From: Eledone cirrhosa | Taxonomy: Eukaryota | Direction of reading: 5' to 3' | Assembly: GCA_964016885.1 (NCBI GenBank) | Contig: OZ024743.1 | Location: 269,390,001 to 269,454,000, forward strand | Length of the DNA: 64,000 bases | In this document: piece by piece, positions 27,575 to 45,611 of the stretch | Numbering within the stretch: position 1 is the stretch's first letter | Layout of the letters: each line of letters starts with the position of its first letter | Notes under the pieces: model-generated | Seen by the model: only the letters and a program-made list of their open reading frames with translations | What the model was told of the DNA's origin: nothing | Databases searched by the model: none | Translations under genes and position numbers: made by a program

Positions 27575-28186
27575 GTAAAACTCTCTCTCTCTTTATATAT
27601 ATATATATAGTTTTTTGCGTGTATATATATATATATTTTATAGATATACGTTTCTTGTAAATATACGTGTGTGTGTACGAGTGTACCTCGTTTGTCATCT
27701 TTTCTTTAATTTTTTCTTTCTAAATTATTGTTCCATTTTTATAAATATATCGAGAATGATACTTTCTTTTAATTATTACACTCCCTTACCTCTTTTACTT
27801 CCGCATATAAGTGTACGTGCGTGTGGGTGTGTTTATACGCGTGCCTTCATATTCTTATAATGTATCTAATACCCTATTTTTCCGTGTACCTGCCAAACAG
27901 AAAACCACATCATGTCTGTCTGTAGTTACAGATACACAGATACACTTGCCCTAACATATATATTTACGCACACTTTTTCACTATACGTACACATTTGTAC
28001 ATACACATATATGTACATCTGTGAGCGTATATACATACATATACACAGACCTAACTATATATCTTGAAAGATTTTTATATATTTCATATGGCTATTGTAA
28101 TTCATTTGTCTATATTTATATAATTTTTTTTTTTTTTTTTTTTGCTTTTCTTGATGAGACTTTCCAAGTATTTAGCCATGTTTTAT

Positions 28187-28264
28187 ATTGCCTCGTCTGA
28201 CGAACGAATGAAGACGTTTCTTTCGTATTCGCCTCATTCGGGAAACCTCTGGTAATGAGGTAAT
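28187..28264 (+). ncRNA. Type I hammerhead ribozyme (solo, family M)
   Basis: AUUGCCUCGU-CUGACGA-A CGAAUGA...UCAUUCG G-GAAACC UCU GGU-A-AUGAGGUAAU: 10-bp stem I (two G.U), GUA triplet. Confidence 0.8.
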
Positions 28265-28363
28265 TATATTGTATTGATTTTTATACATTAAATTTTGCTC
28301 TGGTACTTACATAGAGCACTCTTCACTTCTATGACCTTTTCTGTTTTCAACGGAAATTTCAAT

Positions 28364-28450
<87 letters not shown>

Positions 28451-28454
28451 TATA

Positions 28455-28515
<61 letters not shown>

Positions 28516-28520
<5 letters not shown>

Positions 28521-29977
28521 AATATAGACATAGAATATTCGAAAATATTCTGTATGTTTATAATAAACATTTTGAAGACCTAATCGCTATAGAATAGAAT
28601 ACGTCACGTATTACAATTAGATTCTCGATAAAAGCAAGGGAAGTAATCTACGCGTTTCATTCTCGTTAGAAATCATCAGGACTACATATCCAGTGCTTTT
28701 ATCGAGAATGACACAGCTAGAGACTTATAGAATACTTAGCTGTGTACAGGAACTGGTTTGAAAGAGCGGTTGCCGGTCCGGCAGAAATTAGAAATTGGAA
28801 TAAATGCTCTGAAATAGCGATATATATGTGAATATAGACATAGAATATTCGAAAATATTCTGTATGTTTATAATAAACATTTTGAAGACCTAATCGCTAT
28901 AGAATCTAATTGTAATACGTGACGTATTCTATTCTATAGCGATTAGGTCTTCAAAATGTTTATTATAAACATACAGAATATTTTCGAATATTCTATGTCT
29001 ATATTCACATATATATCGCTATTTCAGAGCATTTATTCCAATTTCTAATTTCTGCCGGACCGGCAACCGCTCTTTCAAACCAGTTCCTGTACACAGCTAA
29101 GTATTCTATAAGTCTCTAGCTGTGTCATTCTCGATAAAAGCACTGGATATGTAGTCCTGATGATTTCTAACGAGAATGAAACGCGTAGATTACTTCCCTT
29201 GCTTTTATCGAGAATCTAATTGTAATACGTGACGTATTCTATTCTATAGCGATTAGGTCTTCAAAATGTTTATTATAAACATACAGAATATTTTCGAATA
29301 TTCTATGTCTATATTCACATATATATCGCTATTTCAGAGCATTTATTCCAATTTCTAATTTCTGCCGGACCGGCAACCGCTCTTTCAAACCAGTTCCTGT
29401 ACACAGCTAAGTATTCTATAAGTCTCTAGCTGTGTCATTCTCGATAAAAGCACTGGATATGTAGTCCTGATGATTTCTAACGAGAATGAAACGCGTAGAT
29501 TACTTCCCTTGCTTTTATCGAGAATCTAATTGTAATACGTGACGTATTCTATTCTATAGCGATTAGGTCTTCAAAATGTTTATTATAAACATACAGAATA
29601 TTTTCGAATATTCTATGTCTATATTCACATATATATCGCTATTTCAGAGCATTTATTCCAATTTCTAATTTCTGCCGGACCGGCAACCGCTCTTTCAAAC
29701 CAGTTCCTGTACACAGCTAAGTATTCTATAAGTCTCTAGCTGTGTCATTCTCGATAAAAGCACTGGATATGTAGTCCTGATGATTTCTAACGAGAATGAA
29801 ACGCGTAGATTACTTCCCTTGCTTTTATCGAGAATCTAATTGTAATACGTGACGTATTCTATTCTATAGCGATTAGGTCTTCAAAATGTTTATTATAAAC
29901 ATACAGAATATTTTCGAATATTCTATGTCTATATTCACATATATATCGCTATTTCAGAGCATTTATTCCAATTTCTA
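28516..29977. mobile_element. Small array of the 310-bp hammerhead unit: ~1.25 inverted units + ~3.5 direct units, in (TA)n
   Basis: HHRs at 28643-28685(-), 29151-29193, 29461-29503 and 29771-29813(+). Orientation switches at 28901-28905. Confidence 0.92.
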
Positions 29978-30021
29978 TATATATATATATATATATGAAT
30001 ACTTCATGAAACTAGTTCTGG

Positions 30022-30227
30022 TACTATACGAACATGCCATACAACAACACGACGGTAACATAGACAACATAGAAATTAAAATAATATCTAAACATAGAAA
30101 TGACCCACCAGATAGTCAAATCAGAGAGGCCAGCGAAATAGAACTTAGAAGGCCAAGGCTAAAGAGAAAAAATGAATGGAATAACAACAACACCCAAACA
30201 AACAATACTGACCTAAGAGAAGTATAA
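30022..30227 (+). pseudogene. C-terminal fragment of a Penelope-like GIY-YIG endonuclease
   Basis: LYEHAIQQH...IEIKIISK...QIREASEIELRRPRLKRK fits the H..H / E..I..P.LN C-terminal pattern of PLE endonucleases. A degenerate HHR core follows at 30300-30340. Confidence 0.65.
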
Positions 30228-30530
30228 ATAAATAAATAAACAGACTAAATAACAATGGCGTAGGCATACAATACAACAGGAGGAAACATAATAGCACCAC
30301 TGACGATGTTGCAGATATGCAACGAAATAACTTTGTTAGACTATATATATATGTGTTTGTGTCTATATTATATCCATATTTTTGACCGTTGGTCAGTCAA
30401 TGGTAACATTGAGGACCGAATAAATTAAATTAACTGATATAAAAGATACAGAAGCAAAAACCAACCAAACAGTGTCTTCTGTTATTAATTCTGGCAATAT
30501 TATTACACAAATATGACCCTCCCCAAGTAT

Positions 30531-30611
<81 letters not shown>

Positions 30612-30962
30612 TATATATATATATATATATATATTCACCATCTTTGTTTGTTTACACTCTCGCTGTCCCCTTTATTTACGTGTCCCAACGACTTTTTTTA
30701 GCCGTTGCTCTCACCAACAGGAGGTATATGGTCTTTAAAGCGAAGAAATACCTGTGATGGTTGGAAGATCACTGATGAAGGACCACTTTATTCTTATATA
30801 TATATAAATATATATATATATAACAATCTTTTTATCTGTTTAATATATCCCTATTAAGTTATATCCTACGAAAATTTGAGATTTTATTTCACATATCCAT
30901 TGTAAGCTGACTGTGGAGGTCTATATTTTGGATATGTCACTATCTTATACATCAAATATTGT

Positions 30963-31020
30963 ATTCTATCTGATGAAAGCATACTATAATTTAGTATCCT
31001 TGAAATATGTATAATAAAAT
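30963..31020 (+). ncRNA. Type I hammerhead, family F third copy
   Basis: AUUCUAU-CUGAUGA-AAG C AUACUA UAAUU UAGUAU C CUU-GAAA UAUGUA U-A-AUAAAAU. Confidence 0.6.
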
Positions 31021-31196
31021 AAATACGATGCTATAGTGATATTTTCCACTTATTACTATTGTTACTATATATATATTCCTAAAGATGTAGGAATCTCAAA
31101 CTTGTAAAATAACTGTAAACACAATCGCTTGCTAAACATAATTGCTAAAAAAAAAAATCGGGTAAAACCCATATAGACGGAAAAAAAGTAGGCAGC

Positions 31197-31266
31197 GGCC
31201 GCTACGAAGAATCGAACTTCGTATCATTCAACTAGCGACTGAGTGCTCTAACCATTGAGCTGCGAC
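31197..31266 (-). pseudogene. tRNA-like sequence (pseudogene or SINE head), GCT in anticodon position
   Basis: GCTCAATGGTTAGAGC D-arm and CGAAG-TTCGATT-CTTCG T-arm. The 5' acceptor strand has a small deletion and there is no long variable arm. Confidence 0.55.
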
Positions 31267-31530
31267 TCTTTAACACAATAGTTAGAGTGCTCTGTATTAT
31301 TTTCTCCTCGCTTCGATTCTGTTCCGGTTACTTTTCTCTTCTTACATCAAGAATCTTGCAAAACAAAATGAAAAAAACAGTAAATTAGTTTGATGTGTTA
31401 GAAGAAAGATTACTAAACTTTTGAGTATTTAAAGTATTGTAGTATTTAAAGAGAACGTATTGCAGGTTTGGTGAATACATTGATCGAAAATGTGTTTTTA
31501 AATTGTATACTGCTATGCTATTTCTATATA

Positions 31531-31727
31531 CGAGGGTTGGCTGAAAAGTTCATAGGCTGTAAAGTTTATAATCTGACCAAGATACTCTCATGAAATGACC
31601 AAATGAGATTTATTTTTCAACATAGTCTCTGGAAAGAAACACTGCAGTTATTAAAAGGAAGAGTTTAAATTAATGCTTTAGCATCACTCTTTCATAGTCA
31701 GCCTATGAACTTTTCAGCAAAATCTCG
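31531..31727. mobile_element. Mariner-type MITE
   Basis: TIRs cgagggttggctgaaaagttcataggctg / cagcctatgaacttttcagcaaaatctcg, with TA on the left. Confidence 0.8.
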
Positions 31728-32051
31728 AAATTAAGAGGCTAATATTTAGCTTGTATCTGTTTATCATACATACATCAGGTAATCTCTGACTCACCACCAC
31801 CACCACTACCATCACCACTACCACCACCACCAACAACAGCAACAACAAACATTTAAGGTTTGTGAAGTTATATATAGGCGTGTCTTTGTGGTTAAAGAGT
31901 TCGCTTCGCAGCTAAGTTGTTCTGGATTCATTGTTGATGTAACTATTGTTGCTGTTGCTTTACTAGTTTACTGCTTTAATGGACAAAGCCACTTTTAGGA
32001 GTTTCAAGTATTTCATACTACGTATCTATCCATCTGTTTAACTCCCCATCC

Positions 32052-32165
<114 letters not shown>

Positions 32166-32189
32166 ATCCATCTATCTATCAGATATATA

Positions 32190-32550
32190 TATTTCTTTCT
32201 CCAGTAAATTTACTGAAAGGTGGGTGAATGTAGCAAAAATGGCCCGAGTGATTGGGCCTTCTCTGTATATAGACCTGTAGTTGAAGATGAGACCAACAGA
32301 AGGAAAGGAGCACTTGCACAACACGCTCCTAGAGTTGAGGGTTGTTCTATCTACGATGTATTAAACAACCCATTTGTAACCCCCCCCCCCCATTATGAAT
32401 TTCGATTGTTGAATTTATTTCTTTAACATTTTTTTTTACATGATTGTATGTAAAATCCCCGGCATATGTCTTTGTATTGTCCCCTTTTCTTGTGCGCCCT
32501 TGTGGAAAATAAAGAAATATATCTATATCTATATCTATCTATCTATCTAT
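32190..32550 (+). mobile_element. 3' end of a related Tx1/L1-type LINE with (TCTA)n tail
   Basis: gaaaggtgggtgaatgtagcaaaaatggcc is homologous to 35466-35496. AATAAAGAAA precedes the tail. Confidence 0.8.
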
Positions 32551-35868
<3,318 letters not shown>

Positions 35869-36232
35869 ACTACCTACCTGTATGTCTGGCTAGCTGACAT
35901 ATTTGTCGTACGTTGTGTTGGCCGAGAAAATGGCGGCTGTCTCGATGATGTATATTGAGTTACTGTCATGGCGTATAAAGAAAGGTTCTGCAAAGATCTG
36001 CAATCATGCATGTTATGGTTTGTAATTGAAATACAAGTCAGATGTGACAGACAACTCTGGCAGTATATCTGACAGTGATATGCCAAACAAACTGCTCGCT
36101 TCAAGTGATACAACCCTCCTTACACTAGTCATAGAGGGTGCAGTTCACTTGCAAGCAATTGCATTGGCGTTCGTTCGCTTGATTTCTCTGTATTCGTAAA
36201 CATGCATATGCATGTGTATAGTTATATAAGCA

Positions 36233-36320
<88 letters not shown>

Positions 36321-36765
36321 AGTGTGTATGTATATATATGTATATGTATGTGTGTGTATATATATATATGTATACATATATGTATACATATGCAAAGCGA
36401 GTATGTATGTGAGAGGGAGAGGGCTAAAGAAAATGAGTGAGAAAGGTAGGTGTATGTCATGTTCAACTGCCAAAAAATAATATATATATACACACACATA
36501 TATACTTAAAGACATTCACAGGCATACACACACACATATATATATATTTATACACACTTAAGTATATATGTGTTCAGATATTTTTATGCATGCATAATAA
36601 ATTTAGCTTTACGCATGTTGCTGTTATGATATATTACACAAATATATATTGTATTAGTATATTATATTTTCTACATATTGTATTTTATAGATTCAAGCTC
36701 TATATTCATATACAAACTATATATTTATATACATACACATGTATAAATGTGTGTATATATGTGAG

Positions 36766-36837
<72 letters not shown>

Positions 36838-37245
36838 GGTGTGTGTATATATATATATATACAGACACACACACATATATATTTCGTTACATTTCACACC
36901 GGCTTGAGGCATAGAACGAAATTTCCTGTTGATGACGTGAATCCTCTGTTCGATAATAGAATACCACAAGCTTACACATTACGTAAGCTGGATGGATGAT
37001 TTCGGATTTACAGAAACCTATCGGACGTATTGCAAAATATCGTTCGATATGTCCAGGTCAGCTGTTTAACCTGATTAGTTTTTTCGTTGTTTTAGGTCTG
37101 CCTGCCGCAATTTTCAATTTGTCAAGCTATCTAAACGTATGTTATTACTCTAAGGGCCTATCTTATTGGGTGCTTTGCTGCTCATTCCTAATTGTATATC
37201 ATTTGCTTGGTCACAGTCAAAGCTTCGATTTTACTAACCTTCCAC

Positions 37246-37337
<92 letters not shown>

Positions 37338-37394
37338 ATATATATATATATATATATATCTATATATATATATATATATATATCTATATATATA

Positions 37395-37478
<84 letters not shown>

Positions 37479-37479
37479 T

Positions 37480-37665
37480 ATAGGAAAAGCGTCAGGAACC
37501 CGACGGCTGAGCTCCGGCCGTTTTGACAGCGTATCTAGCAATCGAAACGGCCGGAGCTCAGCCGTCGGGTTCCTGACTCTTTGTCTATTACCCACTCTAC
37601 TACTCTAAGTATCGAGTGCTCTAGTACGTAATGGTCCACCTGGTATCTTACCACACCTTCTTTGT
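37480..37665. mobile_element. Foldback element, family L, in (TA)n (other copies ~38357-38588 and ~44305-44455)
   Basis: Inverted arms contain GAAACGGC...GCCGTC (3' half of a hammerhead-like fold) followed by attacccactctac...gagt.ctc. Confidence 0.65.
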
Positions 37666-37675
37666 TATATAAATG

Positions 37676-37837
<162 letters not shown>

Positions 37838-38301
37838 TACGCGCGTGTGTGTGCGTGTATATACATATGTGTATATGTGTATATATATATGTGTGCATAT
37901 ATATATGTGTGTGTGTGTATATATATATATCGACAGTCGATCGACAAGATCCCAGACCCCATTCGCTTAAAGAGTGTGATGGAGCTCGTCAAATCGGACC
38001 AAGGACACAATGTTTCTGTTAGTCTGTCCAATTGCTAATACTATGTGTAGGTCGGAAGTGGATGCATGCACACACATCTGCCGTACTGTGACAGGCAAGA
38101 CCATTAATCATGGAAGTACTCAATGCATGGGGAGATGCAGAGTGGGTATAGAGATAGGTAAAATATTGACTGCGACGCCAATCTGTATCGGCTTGTGTGT
38201 TCAGAAAAGATAAGGCTTGTTGAACACATAAGCCGAAACTGCTTGGCGCCGCTGTCGGGATTATACAAACCTCACCCCTGTTCTCTCTCTCTCTCTCTCT
38301 G

Positions 38302-38359
<58 letters not shown>

Positions 38360-38613
38360 AAAAAGTATGACACCGACGGCAGAGCTCAAGCCGTTTCAAC
38401 GGCTATTATCATTCTCCACGCCAGGAAGACAGTCCTACTTTTCGACAACCGTCCAGAAATAGCCGTCGAAACGGCTTGAGCTCTGCCGTCGGGTCATACT
38501 TTTTCCTATTACCCACTCTACTCCCCTAGGTATTGAGTACTCTGGTGCGTTATGGTTCATCTGGTTCCTTACCACAACTCCTTCGTTATATATATTTATA
38601 TATATATATATAC

Positions 38614-38800
<187 letters not shown>

Positions 38801-38845
38801 TAAACAAATAATGAACAAACAATTCCTTATATTAAACAAAAAAAG

Positions 38846-39000
38846 TTCACTATTTAACGATCGTTTCTAGGGTATATATGTGTTATAATTGGTATGCATA
38901 TTCAACAGATCTATGTACAAAATTATACAAAATTATACAAATTATCAAGATTAAATATACATACCTAACACATATATACGCCGTCTTCAGAAATAATGAA
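38846..39000 (-). ncRNA. Type I hammerhead with very long stem II (left-arm copy)
   Basis: Mirror of 41492-41646. Confidence 0.7.
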
Positions 39001-39821
39001 GTATATTTATTGATAATAACAACAATTCAAAATATCAGTTCAAAATTGACCAATGAAAACACAAAGGGTTAAAAGCAGTTTGGTGTGTGTATATACATGT
39101 AAAATCCTTACACATATTTTACAATAATGTGTGTATAATTTGTATGTGCATACTAAAAAGATGGATGCAAACACAAAATTTCAAGGTTAATATCTCTGTA
39201 AGCTTAATGCGCTGATAAGATGCGCAATGATACTTATGGAGTCAAGCATATAAATATATTTTTTTCATACTCACACATATCAGTATAATCACACATACAT
39301 GCGCGTATATGCATAAATATACACATAACCACGAACATACAAACACACACACTCCCCCACTCACATTTATATATGTGGATATAAAATCATAAGCAAATAG
39401 AAATTAAGTCACTCACATAAAACACTGGCACACACATTTCAAGATCAAGATACAGAAATTAGGTGGGAGGGGTGGGGAGGGGTCAGTATTAGATTGTCAG
39501 AGCAGACTGCCTAATATAAATGTATCTATAAATTAAGAAAAATAAAAAAATAAAAACAATAAAATATAATAAATATAATATAATGTACATACACATACAG
39601 ATATATATACACATACATACATGTACGCGCACATAGAGATATTTACGCATACACACATACACACATACGTATACAGTCATACACACACATACACTTACAC
39701 GAACATACACATACACATATAAAAAGATATATATACACACACACACACGCGCAACACATACACACATACACATATATATAAAAAATAGATAATAAAGATA
39801 TATATCCATATATACATACAT

Positions 39822-39865
<44 letters not shown>

Positions 39866-39907
39866 GTGCATGTCTGTTTTTTATGTGTGTGTATGTATAT
39901 ATATATG

Positions 39908-39941
<34 letters not shown>

Positions 39942-40031
39942 CGTGTGTGTATGTGGATATATATATATATATATACATGTGGGTGTTTGTATGTGTATTT
40001 ATGGTAGTATGAGTGTGTGGATATATATGTT

Positions 40032-40062
<31 letters not shown>

Positions 40063-40069
40063 GAGTCTA

Positions 40070-40126
<57 letters not shown>

Positions 40127-40468
40127 GTATGTGTATGTATGTGTGTGTGTATGTATATATATGTGTGTGTATGTATGTGTGTATATATATATATCTCTAT
40201 TAATGCGTGTGTGTATGTATATACATATGCGTTTTTTTATTATTATTTTCATTTGTATGTCTGAGTTTGGTGAGGTGGTATTGTTTTTTATGTGTATACA
40301 CATATATGGAAGCGTATGTATTTATTTATATGAGTATAAGTAGGTGCATATGTATGTATTATTATATATCTAATTCTATGTATGAAGGTACATCTATATA
40401 TATATATATATATATGTATATGCGTGTGTATGTAAGTTGTGTGTGTATGTATCTTTATGTCTATGTGA

Positions 40469-40522
<54 letters not shown>

Positions 40523-40611
40523 CGATGTGCGTATATGTATGTACATATATATACATGTATGTGTGTATGTATGTGTATGTATATTTAGAGGTATGGGTAT
40601 GTATGTGTATA

Positions 40612-40670
<59 letters not shown>

Positions 40671-41491
40671 ATGTATGTATATATGGATATATATCTTTAT
40701 TATCTATTTTTTATATATATGTGTATGTGTGTATGTGTTGCGCGTGTGTGTGTGTGTATATATATCTTTTTATATGTGTATGTGTATGTTCGTGTAAGTG
40801 TATGTGTGTGTATGACTGTATACGTATGTGTGTATGTGTGTATGCGTAAATATCTCTATGTGCGCGTACATGTATGTATGTGTATATATATCTGTATGTG
40901 TATGTACATTATATTATATTTATTATATTTTATTGTTTTTATTTTTTTATTTTTCTTAATTTATAGATACATTTATATTAGGCAGTCTGCTCTGACAATC
41001 TAATACTGACCCCTCCCCACCCCTCCCACCTAATTTCTGTATCTTGATCTTGAAATGTGTGTGCCAGTGTTTTATGTGAGTGACTTAATTTCTATTTGCT
41101 TATGATTTTATATCCACATATATAAATGTGAGTGGGGGAGTGTGTGTGTTTGTATGTTCGTGGTTATGTGTATATTTATGCATATACGCGCATGTATGTG
41201 TGATTATACTGATATGTGTGAGTATGAAAAAAATATATTTATATGCTTGACTCCATAAGTATCATTGCGCATCTTATCAGCGCATTAAGCTTACAGAGAT
41301 ATTAACCTTGAAATTTTGTGTTTGCATCCATCTTTTTAGTATGCACATACAAATTATACACACATTATTGTAAAATATGTGTAAGGATTTTACATGTATA
41401 TACACACACCAAACTGCTTTTAACCCTTTGTGTTTTCATTGGTCAATTTTGAACTGATATTTTGAATTGTTGTTATTATCAATAAATATAC

Positions 41492-41646
41492 TTCATTATT
41501 TCTGAAGACGGCGTATATATGTGTTAGGTATGTATATTTAATCTTGATAATTTGTATAATTTTGTATAATTTTGTACATAGATCTGTTGAATATGCATAC
41601 CAATTATAACACATATATACCCTAGAAACGATCGTTAAATAGTGAA
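41492..41646 (+). ncRNA. Type I hammerhead with 116-nt stem II
   Basis: UUCAUUAUUU-CUGAAGA-[116-nt hairpin: GUAUAUAUGUGUUA/UAACACAUAUAUAC, GGUAUGUAUAUU/AAUAUGCAUACC]-GAAAC GAUC GU-U-AAAUAGUGAA. Confidence 0.75.
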
Positions 41647-41834
41647 CTTTTTTTGTTTAATATAAGGAATTGTTTGTTCATTATTTGTTTAATATTTTAT
41701 CTTGACTCTGTATACCGTTTATCTTTCACCGAAAGTGGATTTTCATTACATCTCTTCTTTCCATGATATCCGGAATACATTGAGTTCTTCATACGGATTG
41801 GACACTACCGTAAACTCTTGGTAGATTTATCTAC

Positions 41835-41865
<31 letters not shown>

Positions 41866-41994
41866 GGTACATAAACACGTATGCACACATATATAAACGT
41901 ACAAATATATATATATACATGAAGGAAGGTATGTATGCAGAAAGGGTGAGTAAGAGTGCGAGAGAGAATGAATTGTGGAGAGAAAGAGAGAGAG

Positions 41995-42029
<35 letters not shown>

Positions 42030-42249
42030 GAGGAAGAGAGAGAAAGGGGGGAAGAAAGGAAAGAGAGATACTGACGTGTACATATTCCCCGAGTGTGTTT
42101 AGAATGTATTATAAACGTGATGTAGGGATGTTCACAGAGACCCGGAAACGTGTTTATAAGTGAATGTGTATATACCACGTGAGGTTGTTTCTGTTTGTGT
42201 GCATGTAAGCATGTCTACATGTTTGTTTTAACATTTGTTTGATGAGAGA

Positions 42250-42800
42250 GGACGACGGTGAGAGTGGTTGCGATAGTGGCGGTGGCGGCGGTGGTAGTGG
42301 TGGTGGTGGTGGTGGTGGTGGCTGTGGTTGTGGTGCATGTGGTGGTGGTGGTGGTGGCTGTGGTAGTGCTAGTGATGGTCGCTGTGGTGGTGCATGTGGT
42401 GGTGGTGGTGGTGGTAGCTGTTGTAGTGGTGGTGGTGGCTGTGGTGGTGGCTGCGGTGGTGGTGGTGGTGGTGGCTGTGGTGCTGGTGGCTGTGGTAGTG
42501 CTAGTGATGGTTGCTGTGGTGGTGGCTGTGGTGGTGATAGTGATGGTGGTTGTGGTGGTGATAGTGATGGTGGCAGTGGTGGTGGTGGTGGTTGTGTTGA
42601 TTGTGGTGGTGATGGTGGTGTTGGTGGCGGTGCTAGTGTTGGTCGTTGTGGTCGTGGTGGAGGTGATGGTGGTGGCTGTTGTGGCGGTAGTGGTGGTGGT
42701 GGTGGTAACGATGGCGGCATTGGCGTTGGTGGCGGTGGCAGTGGTGGTGTTGGTGGCGGTGGTAGTGTTGGTGGTAGCGGTGGCGGCGGCGGTGGTGTTG
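42250..42800. repeat. (GGT)n-rich low-complexity region
   Basis: Degenerate trinucleotide repeat, open in several frames. Confidence 0.85.
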
Positions 42801-43523
42801 GGATATTTGTGAGAGTATATGTGAGAGTCTCTGTGTGTGTATATGTGTGAATGTCTGTGTGTGTATGTGTGTATGTGAGAATATATGTGTGTGTGTGAGA
42901 ATATGTGTGTGTGTGTGTGTGTGAGAATCTGTATGTGTATGTATGAATGTATGTGTGTGTGTGTATGAGTGAATGTATGTGTGTGAATGTGTGAATGTGT
43001 GTGTGTATGTGTGAATGTATGTGTGTGTGAATGTATGTGTGTGTATGAGTGAATGTATGTGTGTATATATGTGTGAATATATGTGTGTGTATGTGTGAAT
43101 GTATGTGTATGTATGTGTGAATGTAAGTGTGTGTATGTGTGAATATATGTGTGAATGTATGTGTGTGTGTGTGAATGTATGTGTGTGTATGTGTGAATGT
43201 ATGTGTGTGTATATGTGAATGTATGTGTGTGTATGTGTGAATGTAAGTGTGTGTATGTGTGAATGTATGTGTGTGTATGTGTGAATGTATGTGTGTGTAT
43301 GTGTGAATGTAAGTGTGTGTATGTGTGAATGTATGTGTGTGTATGTGTGAATGTCTTCGTCTCTACAATAGTGTTTATATGCTATAGTGTATTTGTGTGT
43401 GTAGAATCTAGGCAGGTGCGTATATATTTATATATGATTGTGTACAAACGTGTGCAAGCATGTTTAGTGTGTCTCTGTCTCTGTGTACACCATAGTATGT
43501 GTGTTTCTCTCTGTCTCTCTCTC

Positions 43524-43562
<39 letters not shown>

Positions 43563-43913
43563 ATCTCTCTCTCTCTCTTTCTCTCTCTCTATCTATCTCC
43601 TCTCTCTCCCTTCTCCCCCTCTCTCTCTGGTCTATGTATGTGGGTTTACGCATATGTGTCTTCATGTGTGCTCATAGTATGTGTTGCGTGTATGTAAGAA
43701 AGTTTCGTGTGTGTGTGTGTCTCTTCATGTGTAACATAGTGTGTGTGTGTCGAGGTGTGTGTGGGTGTGTGTGTGTGTGTGAGGGGAGGGGTGGTCATTG
43801 TGTATATGATAGTATTTGATTAGCTTTATTTATATATTTCAAGGCCATAGAAGGAAAATAAATACCGTCTGCGTATTTCTGAATACAGGCAACAATACAC
43901 ACACACACACAGA

Positions 43914-44003
<90 letters not shown>

Positions 44004-44245
44004 GACAAACACACACACACACACACACACACAGAGACAAACACACACACACACACAGACAGACATGCACACACACACAGACAGACAGACACGCACGCAA
44101 ACACAGACAGACAGACACACACACACAAACACACACTAATATGTATATATGTTAAAGCGTTCATACCCATGCTCACATAATCATATAGTCTCTCCCTTGC
44201 TCTCACTCTCTCTCACACACACTTACACTCACATACACAGACATA

Positions 44246-44299
<54 letters not shown>

Positions 44300-44453
44300 G
44301 ATATAACGAAGGAAATGTGGTAAGGAACCAGGTGGACCATAACGCACCAAAGTACTCAATACTTAGGGTAGTAGAGTGGGTAATAGAGTGGATAATTAGT
44401 CCAGAATTAGCCGTCGAAACGGCTTGAGCTCAGCCGTCGGGGTCCTACTCGTT

Positions 44454-44494
<41 letters not shown>

Positions 44495-44498
<4 letters not shown>

Positions 44499-44840
44499 AA
44501 AAACGATGAAATCGAAAATGCAACTGGAGTCTTTTTTTTTTAAATATATATTTATTTGGTTCCTTTTCCGTTTTCGTAGTTCTTCTGATTTTCAAAAGTA
44601 GAGTTGAGATGGAGAGTCTGAGGTTTTTCTCGAGAAAAACCACAGACCCTCCATCTCAACTCTACTTTTGAAAAGCAGAAGAACTGCGAAACCGGTAAAG
44701 GAACCAAATAAATATATATATATATTTTTAAAAATAAAACTCCAGTTGCATTTTCGATTTCATCTTTTTTTATTTATACTTTCACTCGTGTAGGACACCT
44801 CGGTTATTTTTCATTTTGTAAAAAAACCTAACTTTCGAAT
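44495..44840. mobile_element. Family G foldback copy with U3-A8 variant hammerhead at 44665-44700
   Basis: CUU-UUGAAAA-GCAG AAGAA CUGC-GAAACCGGU-A-AAG. Confidence 0.75.
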
Positions 44841-44855
44841 ATATATCTATATATC

Positions 44856-44882
<27 letters not shown>

Positions 44883-44886
<4 letters not shown>

Positions 44887-45150
44887 GTTTGTATATGTAT
44901 AATAAAGCCAAAACAATGCAGGTATGGACATAGAATAAAGAATGCAAATGCAAAAGATATTGTTGACAATTAGTCTTTTACCTTAGATTTATTTAAATGT
45001 CCTTAATTTTCGAGATAATATCTCTTCTTCGGAGGGAAGTAAAGCAGTTAATTCTATGTCCATACCTGCATTGTTTTGGCTTTATTATACATATACAAAC
45101 ATTTATACCTCATTACACAATACTTCAAGTGAACTATAACCTCCTCCATA
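44883..45150. mobile_element. Foldback element in (TA)n with degenerate hammerhead at 45001-45035(-)
   Basis: ~50-bp inverted arms. CCU-CCGAAGA-A GAGAU AUU AUCUC-GAAA AUU-A-AGG. Confidence 0.55.
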
Positions 45151-45366
45151 TATATATATATATAATAGAATGAAACTAAATTTCATTTCTCACTCTTAGT
45201 ACGGCAGTTACTTAAATGTAAGTATGTATGTATGTATTTATACGAACATACATATATGTATACAGACGTACAGGAGTATGTATATATATACATACATGCA
45301 CACACATATATATATGCACGTATCGGTTTACCGAACATTTATTATAATGCTCGGTTTGTGTGTTTG

Positions 45367-45458
<92 letters not shown>

Positions 45459-45473
45459 AAGCGCTCACGCTTG

Positions 45474-45539
<66 letters not shown>

Positions 45540-45571
45540 CATACAAGCGTGAGCGCGTATACATACATACA

Positions 45572-45607
<36 letters not shown>

Positions 45608-45611
<4 letters not shown>

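Noticed and set aside
29886-30227. 113-aa ORF as a protein encoded by the 310-bp unit
   Set aside because: Chance read-through from the array end across (TA)n into the separate GIY-YIG fragment.
31197-31266. Functional tRNA-Ser(GCT) gene
   Set aside because: The acceptor stem is truncated, the anticodon stem is imperfect and the long variable arm of Ser tRNAs is absent.
42154-42850. Gly/Cys-rich or Pro-rich ORFs resembling keratin-associated or formin proteins
   Set aside because: Degenerate (GGT)n repeat open in several frames on both strands.
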